A stretch of 64,000 nt of DNA from a virus. Taxonomy: Duplodnaviria > Heunggongvirae > Uroviricota > Caudoviricetes. This document shows, one piece after another, positions 10,170 to 21,474 of the stretch. The notes under the pieces were generated by a model. That model ran no database searches, was not told the origin of the DNA, and was given only the letters and a program-made list of their open reading frames with translations. Position numbers and translations under genes: made by a program. Each line of letters begins with the position of its first letter. Within the stretch, counting starts at the first letter, position 1. Where the stretch lies: positions 224,001-288,000 of IMG/VR virus record IMGVR_UViG_3300037067_008064; one strand, given 5' to 3'.

Positions 10170-10436
10170 ATGAATACATTATATATGAAAGAGAGTATAC
10201 AATCAGACCCAACCTTTATACAAAAAGTTTTGGATTTTATTAATTACCCATGGCAAGAAGATCTTGAAATCGAGTTTGTTCATTTTGTTTCTGAATATGA
10301 AAATTTAATTAGAACTGCCGATACATCAACTACTAAAAACTATTTAAAACGATTGTATCAACAACTAGAAGATGCAGATAGTTTTCAATTATTGGGTGAT
10401 AAATTTATAGATGATTTAAATGAATTGATAAAATAA
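10170..10436 (+). CDS. Hypothetical protein
   Basis: ORF track; tight operon packing. Confidence 0.6.
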   Translation: MNTLYMKESIQSDPTFIQKVLDFINYPWQEDLEIEFVHFVSEYENLIRTADTSTTKNYLKRLYQQLEDADSFQLLGDKFIDDLNELIK

Positions 10437-10438
10437 AG

Positions 10439-11155
10439 ATGAAAGAACAAATTTCTTATATAGGATATAAAAAAGATTTTTATACAGGAAAAATTACTCA
10501 ATATATTTCTGAATTTTTTCAGAGAAAAGGAAATGATTATCGTGGTGTTGTATACAAATATGGTTATATAAATAAATATCCAAATAAAACCAAAGGATGG
10601 TTTAAACTTAGAACATTATATGGTCAATGGTTAACTGGTTATGAAGATATTATTTGGGAAGAAGGAATAACTAACCTAGACATTAAATCTAAAATAAATG
10701 AAAGTAAAATTAAATTAGTTAAAGAATCTTTAAATGAAGAATTACTCGGAGTTGTAGATCATACTGATACAGAAATTTATAAAAATCCACCATCAATAAA
10801 ACATTTTGAGCACTTTGTTAGAGCCATTAGTGATGATAAAGGAAATTTATTTGTAGCTCATAAAGAATGGGATGTAATACACCCAAATATTTATTATTGG
10901 TTGATAGATAATAAGTTTATGAAAAACTATAGAAGTAGAATTCATGGTGCTGATTGTTGGGATGTAGCATGGGAATATGATAAAATTATATTATGGCAAA
11001 GGATTGGTAAAACAAATAATTTTACATTAGGAGAATCATATAACTTCGATGAAATGGATGATAGTGATTTTAATAAATTAGAATTATTAGCTGATAAAGT
11101 TAGAAAGAAAAATCCTAAATTTAATTTTATTTTAAAATATGATAAAATGTTTTAA
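10439..11155 (+). CDS. Two-module putative head-internal protein; C-terminal half paralogous to 11161..11613
   Basis: Internal linker INESKIKLVKESLNEELLG; shares RAISDDKGN, WQRxGxTN, LGESY, KNPxFNF with the next gene. Confidence 0.7.
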   Translation: MKEQISYIGYKKDFYTGKITQYISEFFQRKGNDYRGVVYKYGYINKYPNKTKGWFKLRTLYGQWLTGYEDIIWEEGITNLDIKSKINESKIKLVKESLNEELLGVVDHTDTEIYKNPPSIKHFEHFVRAISDDKGNLFVAHKEWDVIHPNIYYWLIDNKFMKNYRSRIHGADCWDVAWEYDKIILWQRIGKTNNFTLGESYNFDEMDDSDFNKLELLADKVRKKNPKFNFILKYDKMF

Positions 11156-11160
11156 TCATT

Positions 11161-11613
11161 ATGAGAGCAAAGTTTATTAATGAAGAATTGCTTGGCACAT
11201 TAAAACCAATGTATATGTCGTACAATGAAAATATTAATGTTGAAATATATTTAAATCCACGATCAATTAAAAATATGGAATCTTATACAAGAGCTATTAG
11301 TGATGATAAAGGAAATGTATTTGTTGCTGATACTACATATGCTATTCATATTGATATATATAATTTTTTAATAGATCAAGGTATTTTTTCTGGAAAAAGA
11401 GCTGATGATGAAAGTGTTATGGGATATATGAATTCACATAAATATGTTTGTTGGCAAAGAGAAGGTAATACTAATATTTTTTTATTAGGAGAATCCTATG
11501 GTCAAATAGGTTATCTTAGTAATAGAACAATGGAAGGTATTAGAAAATTAACAGATAAAGTTCAACAAAAAAATCCACAATTTAATTTTAAAATAATAGG
11601 AATACATCAATAA
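11161..11613 (+). CDS. Putative head-internal protein, paralogue of the previous gene's C-terminal module
   Basis: Leader MRAKFINEELLG; shared motifs as above. Confidence 0.7.
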   Translation: MRAKFINEELLGTLKPMYMSYNENINVEIYLNPRSIKNMESYTRAISDDKGNVFVADTTYAIHIDIYNFLIDQGIFSGKRADDESVMGYMNSHKYVCWQREGNTNIFLLGESYGQIGYLSNRTMEGIRKLTDKVQQKNPQFNFKIIGIHQ

Positions 11614-11650
11614 TAAAAAAAATTAATATATAATAAAAATAATAATTAAC

Positions 11651-12154
11651 ATGAGAGCTAGAAAATTAAACGAAGAAATTAATACCAAAGTAAAAAATAT
11701 TGTTAAAGCATCTATAGGTAGAAAAATTATTACAGATGTTAGCAAGATACATGATATGTTATCTGAGCCAGATACAGAATGGATTGATGATTATGTTTTT
11801 CAAGATAACACAGGAAAGGATTGGTCTATTTTTGAATTGGCTGGTCATACTGTTAGAGTTGGAAATGAATCGTCATTTATTGTTGGTGATTGGGTTGAGG
11901 AAGAAGATAATCCATATTCTGATGGAAGTGATGGCTGGGATGAAGATAAATTAGAAGAAGAATTTGGTTTAATGTCTTGGATTAAAGAGGTTGAAAAACT
12001 AAGTTATGAATTACAAAATGCAAGAAGAGGAGCATATGCTTTAAATGGAGATACTTATGGTGATTTAGTTATGTATGTTAAAGATTTATCTGATTCAATT
12101 TCAGATATAGCTGGAAATATGGAAGATGAATCAGGTAATAAAAGAACACATTAA
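11651..12154 (+). CDS. Acidic putative head-internal protein
   Basis: Leader MRARKLNEE. Confidence 0.6.
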   Translation: MRARKLNEEINTKVKNIVKASIGRKIITDVSKIHDMLSEPDTEWIDDYVFQDNTGKDWSIFELAGHTVRVGNESSFIVGDWVEEEDNPYSDGSDGWDEDKLEEEFGLMSWIKEVEKLSYELQNARRGAYALNGDTYGDLVMYVKDLSDSISDIAGNMEDESGNKRTH

Positions 12155-12169
12155 TGAAAATAAAATGTT

Positions 12170-12884
12170 ATGTCTTCAGGTATTATATATAAAATAACTA
12201 ATTTAAAAAATAATAAAATTTATATTGGGAAAACTATTAATTTGGAAGAAAGAATTAAAAAATATAAAAGAGTAGTATTAAATAAAAAAAATTAGTAATC
12301 AATTGATTATTAAAGCTATGAAAAAATATGGGTTTGATAATTTTAAATTTGAAGTTGTTGATAACATTAATTCAAAAAATTTAAACGAAAAAGAAAAATA
12401 TTTTATTCATTTTTATGATAGTAATAATATTTTAGTTGGGTATAATATGACACTGGGAGGTGATGGTGGTGATACAATGAGTAGTCATATTAACAAAAAA
12501 GAAATTTATGAAAAAAGAAAAGAAAATTATAGTGGAAGTAAAGTTATACAATATAGGCATGATTTAGATAAATTTATTATAGAAATGAATTATTTAAATT
12601 CAATTGGGTGGTCTGCTAATGATTTATCTAAAAAATTTAATTGTTCTGCAAAAGCAGTTAAAAATAGAATTATAAATTATAAAAATATTTCAAGTTCAAA
12701 CCATCATTCTAGAAAAAACACTTATCAATATAGACACGATTTAGATGAAAAATTTGATGAAATTTTAAAATTAAAAAATACAGGAATTAAAATAGAAAAA
12801 TTATGTAAAATTTATAATTGTTCTAAATCAACTTTTTATAGAAGATTTAATGAAAATAAAATAATTAATAGCAATGCCAACTAA
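12170..12884 (+). pseudogene. GIY-YIG homing endonuclease with a frameshift in an A8 run
   Basis: ATG 12170 gives MSSGIIYKITNLKNNKIYIGKT, stop at 12293-12295; removing one A at 12284-12291 joins it to ORF 12303..12884 (KAMKKYG, GYNMTLGGDGG). Confidence 0.8.
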
Positions 12885-13230
12885 ATCTGAACAACAAAGA
12901 AAATATATTTTTTCTTTACGAGATAAATATAAAAATAAAACCGATACACCAAAAAAATATAAATATATTTGGGATGAAGGTTATGAAAATAAAGGAAAGC
13001 TTCCAAAGAAAACAAAGAAAAAATTAGTCAAAGAATCTTTAGACGAAGATTGGTATCCTATGGAACAAAATGATTTTGATGTATGGTTTGAAGAAAATAA
13101 AGATTCAGATTCATTACATGAAGATTATGAAGATTATGTTTTTGAATTAGAACAAATGGGGTTAGAAGAAGAAACATTAGAATTTGAAGAATGGGCGCGA
13201 GAAGAAGTATACAATCATTTATTTAAATAA
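12874..13230 (+). CDS. Basic N-terminus/acidic C-terminus protein with KLVKESLDE motif
   Basis: ORF track; motif shared with other putative head-internal proteins. Confidence 0.65.
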   Translation: MPTKSEQQRKYIFSLRDKYKNKTDTPKKYKYIWDEGYENKGKLPKKTKKKLVKESLDEDWYPMEQNDFDVWFEENKDSDSLHEDYEDYVFELEQMGLEEETLEFEEWAREEVYNHLFK

Positions 13231-13263
13231 AAAAAAAGACCGGAAATTTCCGGTCTTTTTTTT
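13229..13263. terminator. Bidirectional intrinsic terminator
   Basis: A-run, GACCGGAAATTTCCGGTC palindrome, T-run, between convergent genes. Confidence 0.9.
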
Positions 13264-13268
13264 ATTTA

Positions 13269-14099
13269 TTAATTTTCATCCCAATTAAGAATTTTTCTAG
13301 TTTTATATTCTGCAGTATAAGTTGGTGGTTGTAATTGTGCTGTAAATCTAACAACACTATTCCAATAATCATTATGTTCTTGATCTGATGTTGGCATTGG
13401 TTTAAAAATCATTTTCCACCCACCTCTTGGTGTAGTTACTGCTAATGGAAAATTACAATCTTGTGATATTTCTACGGTAGTTGTTGGTGTATCGCCCATA
13501 TACCATTTCCACGATCCTTGACATGGCATACCGGGAAATACATAGTCCCCCATTAAAATGAATGTTTCGTGTAATTTTTGAAGATATTCACTTATAGCTG
13601 CTGAATAATCAACATAATCTGGATTTGGGATTTGTTTAGTTGTTGGGTCTCCAACAAGTAACCATTCTTCTACACCAACTAAATTCCACCAAAATTCACT
13701 ATATGGTGCATGTTGAAATTCAATATAACTACTCCCTACTCTAACCTTTCTTATTCTATAAAGAATAGTAGGATCATTTTCTGTAGTTGGTTTATTTACC
13801 GGAAATTTTTTCCAATTACTTATTGTTAAATATTGAGGTACCGCTGGTCCAACATAAGGAAGAGTATCAACGAAGATTTGATTTTTATCTTCACCCCATT
13901 TAGGAGTCATTAATTCTGTAAATGCTGCATTGTTTATTAAAACTACACCATTTTTTACAAACCCTAATTTTTTTGTGGACCCCATTGGTTTATTACCTGT
14001 TAATGGTGTGTTTTTGCCATAATCCACATCATATGTTTCTGTACGACTTAACCCTGCAAATTTTGCAAAGCCAATCCATTTTACTGTTTTAAGTGCCAT
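13269..14099 (-). CDS. Hypothetical protein with its own late-type promoter
   Basis: 276-aa ORF; promoter motif at 14115-14129 on the minus strand. Confidence 0.7.
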   Translation of the reverse strand: MALKTVKWIGFAKFAGLSRTETYDVDYGKNTPLTGNKPMGSTKKLGFVKNGVVLINNAAFTELMTPKWGEDKNQIFVDTLPYVGPAVPQYLTISNWKKFPVNKPTTENDPTILYRIRKVRVGSSYIEFQHAPYSEFWWNLVGVEEWLLVGDPTTKQIPNPDYVDYSAAISEYLQKLHETFILMGDYVFPGMPCQGSWKWYMGDTPTTTVEISQDCNFPLAVTTPRGGWKMIFKPMPTSDQEHNDYWNSVVRFTAQLQPPTYTAEYKTRKILNWDEN

Positions 14100-14214
14100 A
14101 TTTTTATTTTATTATTTTATTTATATATTATATATTAGAATTTTAAAAAGATTTAATTTTTGTAATCGCATGAATGTGTAGAATTTTTAAAAAATATCAA
14201 TTATTCTTTTTAAT

Positions 14215-14232
14215 GAATATATAAAATAAAAA
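14215..14232 (+). promoter_or_regulatory. Phage promoter motif GAATATATAAAATAAAAA (representative of class 1)
   Basis: Similar motif shortly upstream of many starts: 3808, 7095, 9243, 26601, 43356, 44423, 62727 (+); 3751, 14129, 55850, 61057 (-); resembles the T4 late promoter TATAAATA. Confidence 0.7.
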
Positions 14233-14238
14233 TCATCG

Positions 14239-14601
14239 ATGATTAAAGATATTTATATTAGAAATAGAGAAGACCCAAATTATATTTTTGGTATTCTTGA
14301 ACATTCTGATATTATAGAAACAATAATTTCTAAAATAAAGGTATTATTTGGAACCCGCCCCGGGCAAATATTTGGAGATTTAGCATGTGGATTAGGTATT
14401 GAGGATTATGTTTTTGAAACAAGAATTAATTCTATTAAATTAGAAGAAAAGATAACCAATCAAATTAATTCATATATTTCAGAATCTCAAGAATATGCTA
14501 TTACCCCAAAAGTTTCTTTTGGAAAAGCAGACGGTTATGATTATTGTATTATAGATATTTATATAAATGGTAACAAAGTACATGGAGTTTTAGTAAAATA
14601 A
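14239..14601 (+). CDS. Baseplate wedge protein, gp25-like
   Basis: LFGTRPGQIFGDLACGLGIEDYVF; size and position before the gp6-like gene. Confidence 0.75.
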   Translation: MIKDIYIRNREDPNYIFGILEHSDIIETIISKIKVLFGTRPGQIFGDLACGLGIEDYVFETRINSIKLEEKITNQINSYISESQEYAITPKVSFGKADGYDYCIIDIYINGNKVHGVLVK

Positions 14602-14609
14602 AAATTAAA

Positions 14610-16544
14610 ATGGAATTATTTAATACGGCACGTATTCGTTTTTTTGAATTATATAATGATGCAATTAGTTTTGTGTCACAAACATATACTAATTTAGGAA
14701 AACAATTTACAATGGCATCTCCTATGGGCCAATTATTACAAGTTATTCTTGGATTAGGAAGAATGATTATGTATTATATTGAAGATTCTATTACAGAACT
14801 CAATATTAATAAAGCATCTAGACCAGCAAGCATAAGAGGATTATCGGGATTAACAGGACATAATCCTTCAAGAGCAATGTCCGCGCGCGGTACACTTAAA
14901 ATAAGTTATAAACCAGGTTCATCATTAGATAGCACCATTGGTAACACTGTAATTATTCCTAAATATACTAGATTAATAAGTACACTTAATGGGTTAACTT
15001 ATACTATAATTTTACCGGGTGAAGAAGCAAGAATACAATTGAACAGCCCCACTAATTTTTTAAATGTTAATGTTGTACAAGGAGTATTAGAATATCAACA
15101 AGCAACTGGAACCGGTGATGCACTTCAATCTTTTAATTTTCAATCAAAAAAAGGAGCAAGTATAGATAACTTTTTTGTGAATATCTATGTTGATGGTAAA
15201 TTATGGTCAACATATGATTCAATAATGGATATGGTATTTAATGAACCTGGATGTATTATTAAAACAGGACAAACGGGTGGTGTTGATGTATTTTTTGGTA
15301 ATGGATATAATGGAAAAATACCTGTAAATGGTTCTATCATTATGTTAGAATATTTAATAACAGATGGAGATACTGGAAATATTAATACTAATGATGCAAA
15401 TATTATAAATAATTGGAAATTTATTACTAGTGGTTACACATTAAATGGAGAGCAAGTTGACTTAAATAAAATATTAAATGTTACAATACAAAGAGATATT
15501 TTATTTGGAACTGCAGATGAACCACTTTATTTAACAAGATTATTAACACCAAATGCTTCAAGGAGTTTTGTATTAGCAAATACAAATAATTATATTTATT
15601 TTTTAAGAAAACTTAATATATTTTCTATTATAGATGCTATACCTGGGTTTGATACTTTTAATGATAAATATTATTTAAATAAATATGTTATTGAAAAAAC
15701 TAAATTGGAACAATTAAATGAACAACTTTTAAAAACAAGAACGCAAACAGGAAATAATACAGAACAAATTGGTTTATTAGTAATAGCAATCAATGAACAA
15801 TCAATAGTTGTAAAAGGAATTGAAGCTATATTACAAGAACAAAAGAAAGATGATAATACGGTTTATTTATTTTTGGTTCCTGATATAAGTAAGCGTGTTA
15901 CTTCAGATGAAAATTATTATACTTGTAATATTAATACATTTAAATTATCTGATAATGAAAAACAAGCTATATTAGATTTAATTGAAGAAAGTGGTCAACG
16001 TGTTCTAACTGTTGACAATGCAATATTAGATATTTATTACCCAAGGTTTTCTATTAATATGTCATTAGTTGTTTATGAAGGATTTAACATAGATAATATC
16101 AAAGAAGATATTATTTCAAAAACCTCAGATTATTTTATTAAAAATACAAGAAGAGATAGAATTCCTAAATCTGATTTAATTAAAATTGTTGAAAATATAG
16201 AAGGAGTTGATTCTGTTAATATTTGGTTTGATGCTTCAAATTTAAATAAAAATATATATGGAGATTATAAATCTTATAACTTAATGGGTGTTGATAGAAA
16301 ATATGGATTAGATAAATATGGTGATATAATATTAGAAAGAATTGTATTAGATGCATTTAATAATGAAGTTGTTATAAGAGATATTTATCCTTTAATAAGA
16401 GGAGGGTTTGTTAATAAAAACGGTAAAAGATATAATGATTCAGTTTCTTCAACAGAAGTTGGTTCTATTAATATAGAAGTAAGAGCTACATCTAAAGTTG
16501 ATATTAATTCACTTAATAATATTGCAATTGTAAAATCAATATAA
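14610..16544 (+). CDS. Baseplate wedge protein, gp6/J-like
   Basis: ASRPASIRGLSGLTGHNP, VFFGNGYNGKIP, IEGVDSV; synteny. Confidence 0.75.
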   Translation: MELFNTARIRFFELYNDAISFVSQTYTNLGKQFTMASPMGQLLQVILGLGRMIMYYIEDSITELNINKASRPASIRGLSGLTGHNPSRAMSARGTLKISYKPGSSLDSTIGNTVIIPKYTRLISTLNGLTYTIILPGEEARIQLNSPTNFLNVNVVQGVLEYQQATGTGDALQSFNFQSKKGASIDNFFVNIYVDGKLWSTYDSIMDMVFNEPGCIIKTGQTGGVDVFFGNGYNGKIPVNGSIIMLEYLITDGDTGNINTNDANIINNWKFITSGYTLNGEQVDLNKILNVTIQRDILFGTADEPLYLTRLLTPNASRSFVLANTNNYIYFLRKLNIFSIIDAIPGFDTFNDKYYLNKYVIEKTKLEQLNEQLLKTRTQTGNNTEQIGLLVIAINEQSIVVKGIEAILQEQKKDDNTVYLFLVPDISKRVTSDENYYTCNINTFKLSDNEKQAILDLIEESGQRVLTVDNAILDIYYPRFSINMSLVVYEGFNIDNIKEDIISKTSDYFIKNTRRDRIPKSDLIKIVENIEGVDSVNIWFDASNLNKNIYGDYKSYNLMGVDRKYGLDKYGDIILERIVLDAFNNEVVIRDIYPLIRGGFVNKNGKRYNDSVSSTEVGSINIEVRATSKVDINSLNNIAIVKSI

Positions 16545-16547
16545 CAT

Positions 16548-16817
16548 ATGCCATTAAATAATTCAAAAAGATATACTATTAGAGCTTCTTATAATTATAG
16601 AGGGAAACATATTAATGATAATTTTTTAAACTTGGGTTATAATTATAAAGGAAACATTCTTAAAAAAATGACATCACCAGAATTATGGTCTAATCCTTTG
16701 CAAATTCCAATGTATAAACAATTAGAATCAATGATAACTTATCTTTTAGAATATGTAAAAGAAATAAAAAAGAGCTATTCAATTGCTCATGATAAAAATA
16801 CTACTCGTATAAATTAA
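16548..16817 (+). CDS. Small baseplate-region protein
   Basis: ORF track; operon context. Confidence 0.55.
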   Translation: MPLNNSKRYTIRASYNYRGKHINDNFLNLGYNYKGNILKKMTSPELWSNPLQIPMYKQLESMITYLLEYVKEIKKSYSIAHDKNTTRIN

Positions 16818-16821
16818 TAAT

Positions 16822-17466
16822 ATGAAACAGTTTCACTACACATATAAAACAACTAACTTAATTAATAATAAACAATATGTTGGGGATCATTCAACTAATA
16901 ATTTAGATGATGGATATTTAGGAAGTGGTTGTTTATTAATTAAAGCTATTAAAAAATATGGTAAACAAAATTTTAAGAAAGAAATACTAGAACAATTTAA
17001 TACAAGAATTGAAGCTTCAAAAACCCAGATTAAATATATAAATGAACTCAATACAATTTATCCTAATGGTTATAATTTAAGTCCTACTGGTGGAACTGAT
17101 ACGCTTCCTTTTGGAGAACAATCAGAAGAAACAAAAAGAAAGATAAGTAAAAAAAACAAAGGTAAATTAAAAACAGAAGAAACTAAAAGAAAAATAAGTG
17201 AATCTAAAAAAGGAAGTAATCCTTGGAATAAAGGAATAACTTTATCAGAAGAACATAAAAGAAAATTAAGTGAATCGCATAAAGGAAAATTGTGTTCTAG
17301 TGAAACAAAAGAAAAAATGAGTATTTATAGAAAAGGAAGACCTCTTTCTGATGAACACAAAATTAATATAAGTAAGGCTCGAAAAGGAGAAAATAATCCA
17401 ATGTATGGAAAAATACCCTGGAACAAAGGATTAAAATATAGTAAAATATTTAAATATAATAAATGA
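16822..17466 (+). CDS. GIY-YIG homing endonuclease with NUMOD3 repeats
   Basis: [40 protein letters not shown]; close paralogue of 6325..6969. Confidence 0.9.
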   Translation: MKQFHYTYKTTNLINNKQYVGDHSTNNLDDGYLGSGCLLIKAIKKYGKQNFKKEILEQFNTRIEASKTQIKYINELNTIYPNGYNLSPTGGTDTLPFGEQSEETKRKISKKNKGKLKTEETKRKISESKKGSNPWNKGITLSEEHKRKLSESHKGKLCSSETKEKMSIYRKGRPLSDEHKINISKARKGENNPMYGKIPWNKGLKYSKIFKYNK

Positions 17467-20400
17467 ACTTTCAAAACTGGAAAATATTTGATAAACAAGG
17501 AAATAATTTAAACTGGTATTCAATTGAATTTCTGCCATTAAAATTTAATAGTTTAATAGGCACAAATGCAGATGGTTATTTAATAACAGATACCAGTACA
17601 CATATAGTAGATTCTATTATAACTAATAAAGGGTGGGGGTATGATAATAATACAACTGTCTTTTATTCTAATTTAACAACATCACCAGATTTTATTTCTT
17701 TATCATCTAGTGAAGTAAGTATTTTTTATGAACCCGTTCAAATATTTAACCCCGATGCTTCAACATCACAAGGAATTAGTTATTTAAATACTAATATATC
17801 AGGAGATTTTCTATATCCATCAACTAAATATAGTGGAACAATATTTATGAAACCTATTTCACAGGGATTAGTTGAAACTGAAACGTTATATATAATTGAA
17901 GAATCACTTGGTCAACTTATTAGACCTTATGATGCTAGCAATTATACTATTGTTTTAAGAATGGATGGTGATGATAATGAAATAGCTTTTTTTGAAGTAG
18001 ATGAATATGAAGATGAAATAAGCTGGTCAGATTCTATTGTAATAGATGATTTAAATACTTTAGTTAGTAATGACCCTCTTATTATAAACATTGGATTTAG
18101 AGCTGATAATGAAGGTGTATTTGAAAGAAGATTAAAAATGTATCATAAGGTAGGTGATATAGAATATTTGTTTGCTGAAATTATAATTAATGCAGAATCA
18201 ATCGGACAAGATGAAAGATTTAGAACATTATTAACTAATTTTGGTTTGCCTGACCCTATTAATTTTCCTAGTTTATTCAAAGAAGCTAATATTAAAGAAG
18301 GTTTACCTGATTGGAAATTGATAAATAATAAATCCAAGTTAATGATATTAGAACATGCTAACATTATACCTTTTATTGGAACATATAAAGGTTTAATAAA
18401 CGCAATCAAATGGCTTGGATATGAAGATATTTATGTAAAAGAATGGTATAATAATTTAAAAACTGGTAAAAAAGATGCTTTATATATTTCATATGATGCC
18501 AAAGATAGATCAAAAACTCTATTAATGATACCATTAGAAAATAGAAAATATTTAAAGAAAACAAATGCACTATCATTATGTTATTGTATAACAAAAGAAA
18601 CAGGTGAACTCGATGATTGGGGAACTCCTCTTACAGAAAATTGTTATACATATTCAATTAATGAAATACTTATAAAGTTAATGGCTTTAAAAGATTGGTT
18701 AGAACGTTATATCATTGGAGTTAACTGTAGAATTGTAGATATTTCAGGCGAAGGAGTTTATTTTGAACGTTTTAGAAATTTAATTTATGCAACTAATAAT
18801 ATTGGTAATTTAGTTAATTATGAAATTCCATTAAGTGCAAACACAATATATGATAAAACTGAATTACTTAATGGTGAAGCAAGCATTTATTCAACAATAA
18901 AAGAATTAACTAACATTACAGCAAATGATTTGTTTTATCATCGTGCTATTGATTTTATTGATTATGTATGGGACCCAAGTAATGGTGTAAGAACTGCGGA
19001 TCCTTCATTTTTAGAAGACCCAAGTGTAATACGTGTTGGTGGAACCGCTCGTTTTCCTATTCCATTTTTACAAGAAATACAATGGAAACATTCTTTAAAT
19101 AAACCAAATGCCGTTATTCCAATAGAATTAGTTTCAAATCAATTACTTGTTTATGATAATGATTTAAGATTTAATAATATATTAGATGTAAGTTCATTAT
19201 TTTATGATACATCAACTAACCTTATTATTCTTTTAGAAAATGCAACATTAAGAGACCCAAACAATGATGTGTGGATTGATTCAATAGATTTTTCTATTTA
19301 CATTGACCCTTCATATAACGGAGCTTATTGGCTAGAAAGTTCATTGGGTGTTAAAAAAGAATTTAGTGGATATGTAATGTTGAGACGTGATACCAATTTT
19401 AAATTAGAATATGCTTATGATGATAATTATAAAGTTCCATTATTAAGTATACAAAATTTTAAATATACTGATGTAAGCGGGAACACAATAGTTGTAAGTA
19501 AAAGATATTTTTTAGATATTATTGATGGTAAAATAGTAATGAATGCTAATAATGGACAAACATATAAACTAAATTTTAATTATGATACAAGTTTAAGTGA
19601 ACAAATGATTTCGCTTGATGTTGAATATTTATCTCCAAGAGAATTATTATATTTGTATGATCCATCAGTTTATTATTTTGGTGGTGCAAATGACCCAAGC
19701 GTTTTAATAGTAGATAATAGTATATATAAATCTACAGTATATGATATTGGAAATTATAATGTTGAACTATATGCTTTTGACGGTTATAATAATATTTATT
19801 ATTCAAAAGATAGAGACTTATTTAATGTTTGGATTAAATATCCAACTATTTATGCCTATATAGATGTGTCATGTAATAACACATGTTCAAGTACTTATAT
19901 GCTAATGAATGATGTAAGCATATTAATTAGTCAAAACAAATACCCATTGTTCGATAGAATAATTCCATTACAAGGTTTAACCATAGAAATAAATGAATTT
20001 GGAAATCCTTTTGTTGTTGTGCCTAGTTTATCGTATTTTGTTGATTTGCCAGAATTATATACATATAACAGATTTTGGAATTTAACCGAGCGTTGCACTA
20101 GTATTAATTCTACATATGTTACAATTGATAAAGACTTTGAAGATTTTATAGTTGGAGATGAAGTTAATTTAGTTAAATTTAATAGAGAACATTATTATTT
20201 TGTATTACAAGCTAGTACTTATATTACTGATGTAAGTAATAATAAACTAACATTGGATAACATATTATCTGATTTTATATTAACAGATAATAAATTTGAA
20301 ATATATCTTCAGAATATTACTGAACGTGGTGTTGAAAATATTATAAATCATAATACAACAATTGAAGTTGATATAAGTAGTTATACATTTAGAGAAACAC

Positions 20401-21146
20401 AAATGATAGCTTTATTAGTTAGAGATTTATGTACCAATTATACATGGGGTTCATCATATAGAATTCTTGATATTTCAGCAAATGGATATACATATACATT
20501 AGATGGGCCTATTCCACAAATATTTATTGATGCATCATATAGATATGATATTAAAGCAAAACATGCATTCACAACATTTACTGATTTTCAATTTGATATT
20601 AATGTTTCGACATATGAATTTAATAATAATTTCTATATTAAATTAAATGATACTTGTTCACAAGAACTTTATTTTGATAATACATTTGTAACAGCTAATA
20701 TAGATTTTGACCACGATAAAGTAATACAACAATGGTATGATGTATCAGATAATTTAATTAATGTAAATTTTTATAAATTTAAAACACCAATTAATGTTGA
20801 TATAAGTACATTAGTTATTTTAAAATCTGAATTTGACCCAAGTTCTTATTTAATAAATCAAAAGAATATATGGACTATAAGATATCATGATACGCAGAAA
20901 AAACTTATGAGAGTATTTAATTATGCTGTACCATATATTTATGATGAACAAAATGTATATGATATATATGTTGATTCATATGATAGAAGAGGAAATTTAA
21001 TATCACAAAAACAAGAAGGATTAATTATTGTTAATGATGCGGATGTAAGTACGGGTTCATATAATGAAACTGGTATCTTTATTATAGACCCAAGTTTATT
21101 AGTTTTAACAAAAATTAATTTAAAAAATAACTTAGTATTAGATTAA
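17463..21146 (+). CDS. Large baseplate wedge protein, gp7-like, D-x-S rich
   Basis: [17 protein letters not shown] motif; 1227 aa following the gp6-like gene. Confidence 0.6.
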   Translation: MNFQNWKIFDKQGNNLNWYSIEFLPLKFNSLIGTNADGYLITDTSTHIVDSIITNKGWGYDNNTTVFYSNLTTSPDFISLSSSEVSIFYEPVQIFNPDASTSQGISYLNTNISGDFLYPSTKYSGTIFMKPISQGLVETETLYIIEESLGQLIRPYDASNYTIVLRMDGDDNEIAFFEVDEYEDEISWSDSIVIDDLNTLVSNDPLIINIGFRADNEGVFERRLKMYHKVGDIEYLFAEIIINAESIGQDERFRTLLTNFGLPDPINFPSLFKEANIKEGLPDWKLINNKSKLMILEHANIIPFIGTYKGLINAIKWLGYEDIYVKEWYNNLKTGKKDALYISYDAKDRSKTLLMIPLENRKYLKKTNALSLCYCITKETGELDDWGTPLTENCYTYSINEILIKLMALKDWLERYIIGVNCRIVDISGEGVYFERFRNLIYATNNIGNLVNYEIPLSANTIYDKTELLNGEASIYSTIKELTNITANDLFYHRAIDFIDYVWDPSNGVRTADPSFLEDPSVIRVGGTARFPIPFLQEIQWKHSLNKPNAVIPIELVSNQLLVYDNDLRFNNILDVSSLFYDTSTNLIILLENATLRDPNNDVWIDSIDFSIYIDPSYNGAYWLESSLGVKKEFSGYVMLRRDTNFKLEYAYDDNYKVPLLSIQNFKYTDVSGNTIVVSKRYFLDIIDGKIVMNANNGQTYKLNFNYDTSLSEQMISLDVEYLSPRELLYLYDPSVYYFGGANDPSVLIVDNSIYKSTVYDIGNYNVELYAFDGYNNIYYSKDRDLFNVWIKYPTIYAYIDVSCNNTCSSTYMLMNDVSILISQNKYPLFDRIIPLQGLTIEINEFGNPFVVVPSLSYFVDLPELYTYNRFWNLTERCTSINSTYVTIDKDFEDFIVGDEVNLVKFNREHYYFVLQASTYITDVSNNKLTLDNILSDFILTDNKFEIYLQNITERGVENIINHNTTIEVDISSYTFRETQMIALLVRDLCTNYTWGSSYRILDISANGYTYTLDGPIPQIFIDASYRYDIKAKHAFTTFTDFQFDINVSTYEFNNNFYIKLNDTCSQELYFDNTFVTANIDFDHDKVIQQWYDVSDNLINVNFYKFKTPINVDISTLVILKSEFDPSSYLINQKNIWTIRYHDTQKKLMRVFNYAVPYIYDEQNVYDIYVDSYDRRGNLISQKQEGLIIVNDADVSTGSYNETGIFIIDPSLLVLTKINLKNNLVLD

Positions 21147-21175
21147 GTCATATAAGTATAAAATAAATAATTAAT

Positions 21176-21400
21176 ATGAAAGCAAAATCAATAAATGAAA
21201 GCACTAATAATATTCGAGATATACTACCAACAATGGTTCGTGTTTCTAATAATTCACAATTAACTAATATGGCTGCAAATTATATTCAAAATAATTTAAC
21301 ATCTGTTGAATTTGAAAATTTTAGACAATGGTTAAAAATAGTTGAACGCCACACAATTGAAGCTGAACAAAAAAATAGTAGACTTTATAGACAATATTAA
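21176..21400 (+). CDS. Small protein with MKAKSINES leader
   Basis: ORF track; leader motif. Confidence 0.6.
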   Translation: MKAKSINESTNNIRDILPTMVRVSNNSQLTNMAANYIQNNLTSVEFENFRQWLKIVERHTIEAEQKNSRLYRQY

Positions 21401-21474
21401 TATAATTTAAAACTATTATTATATAAAGTAATAAAAAACAAATATAAATAATTCACATTTTACAAAAATAATTT

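Noticed and set aside
16548-17466. Group I introns housing the endonucleases
   Set aside because: Flanking genes look complete and the spacers are too short for an intron core
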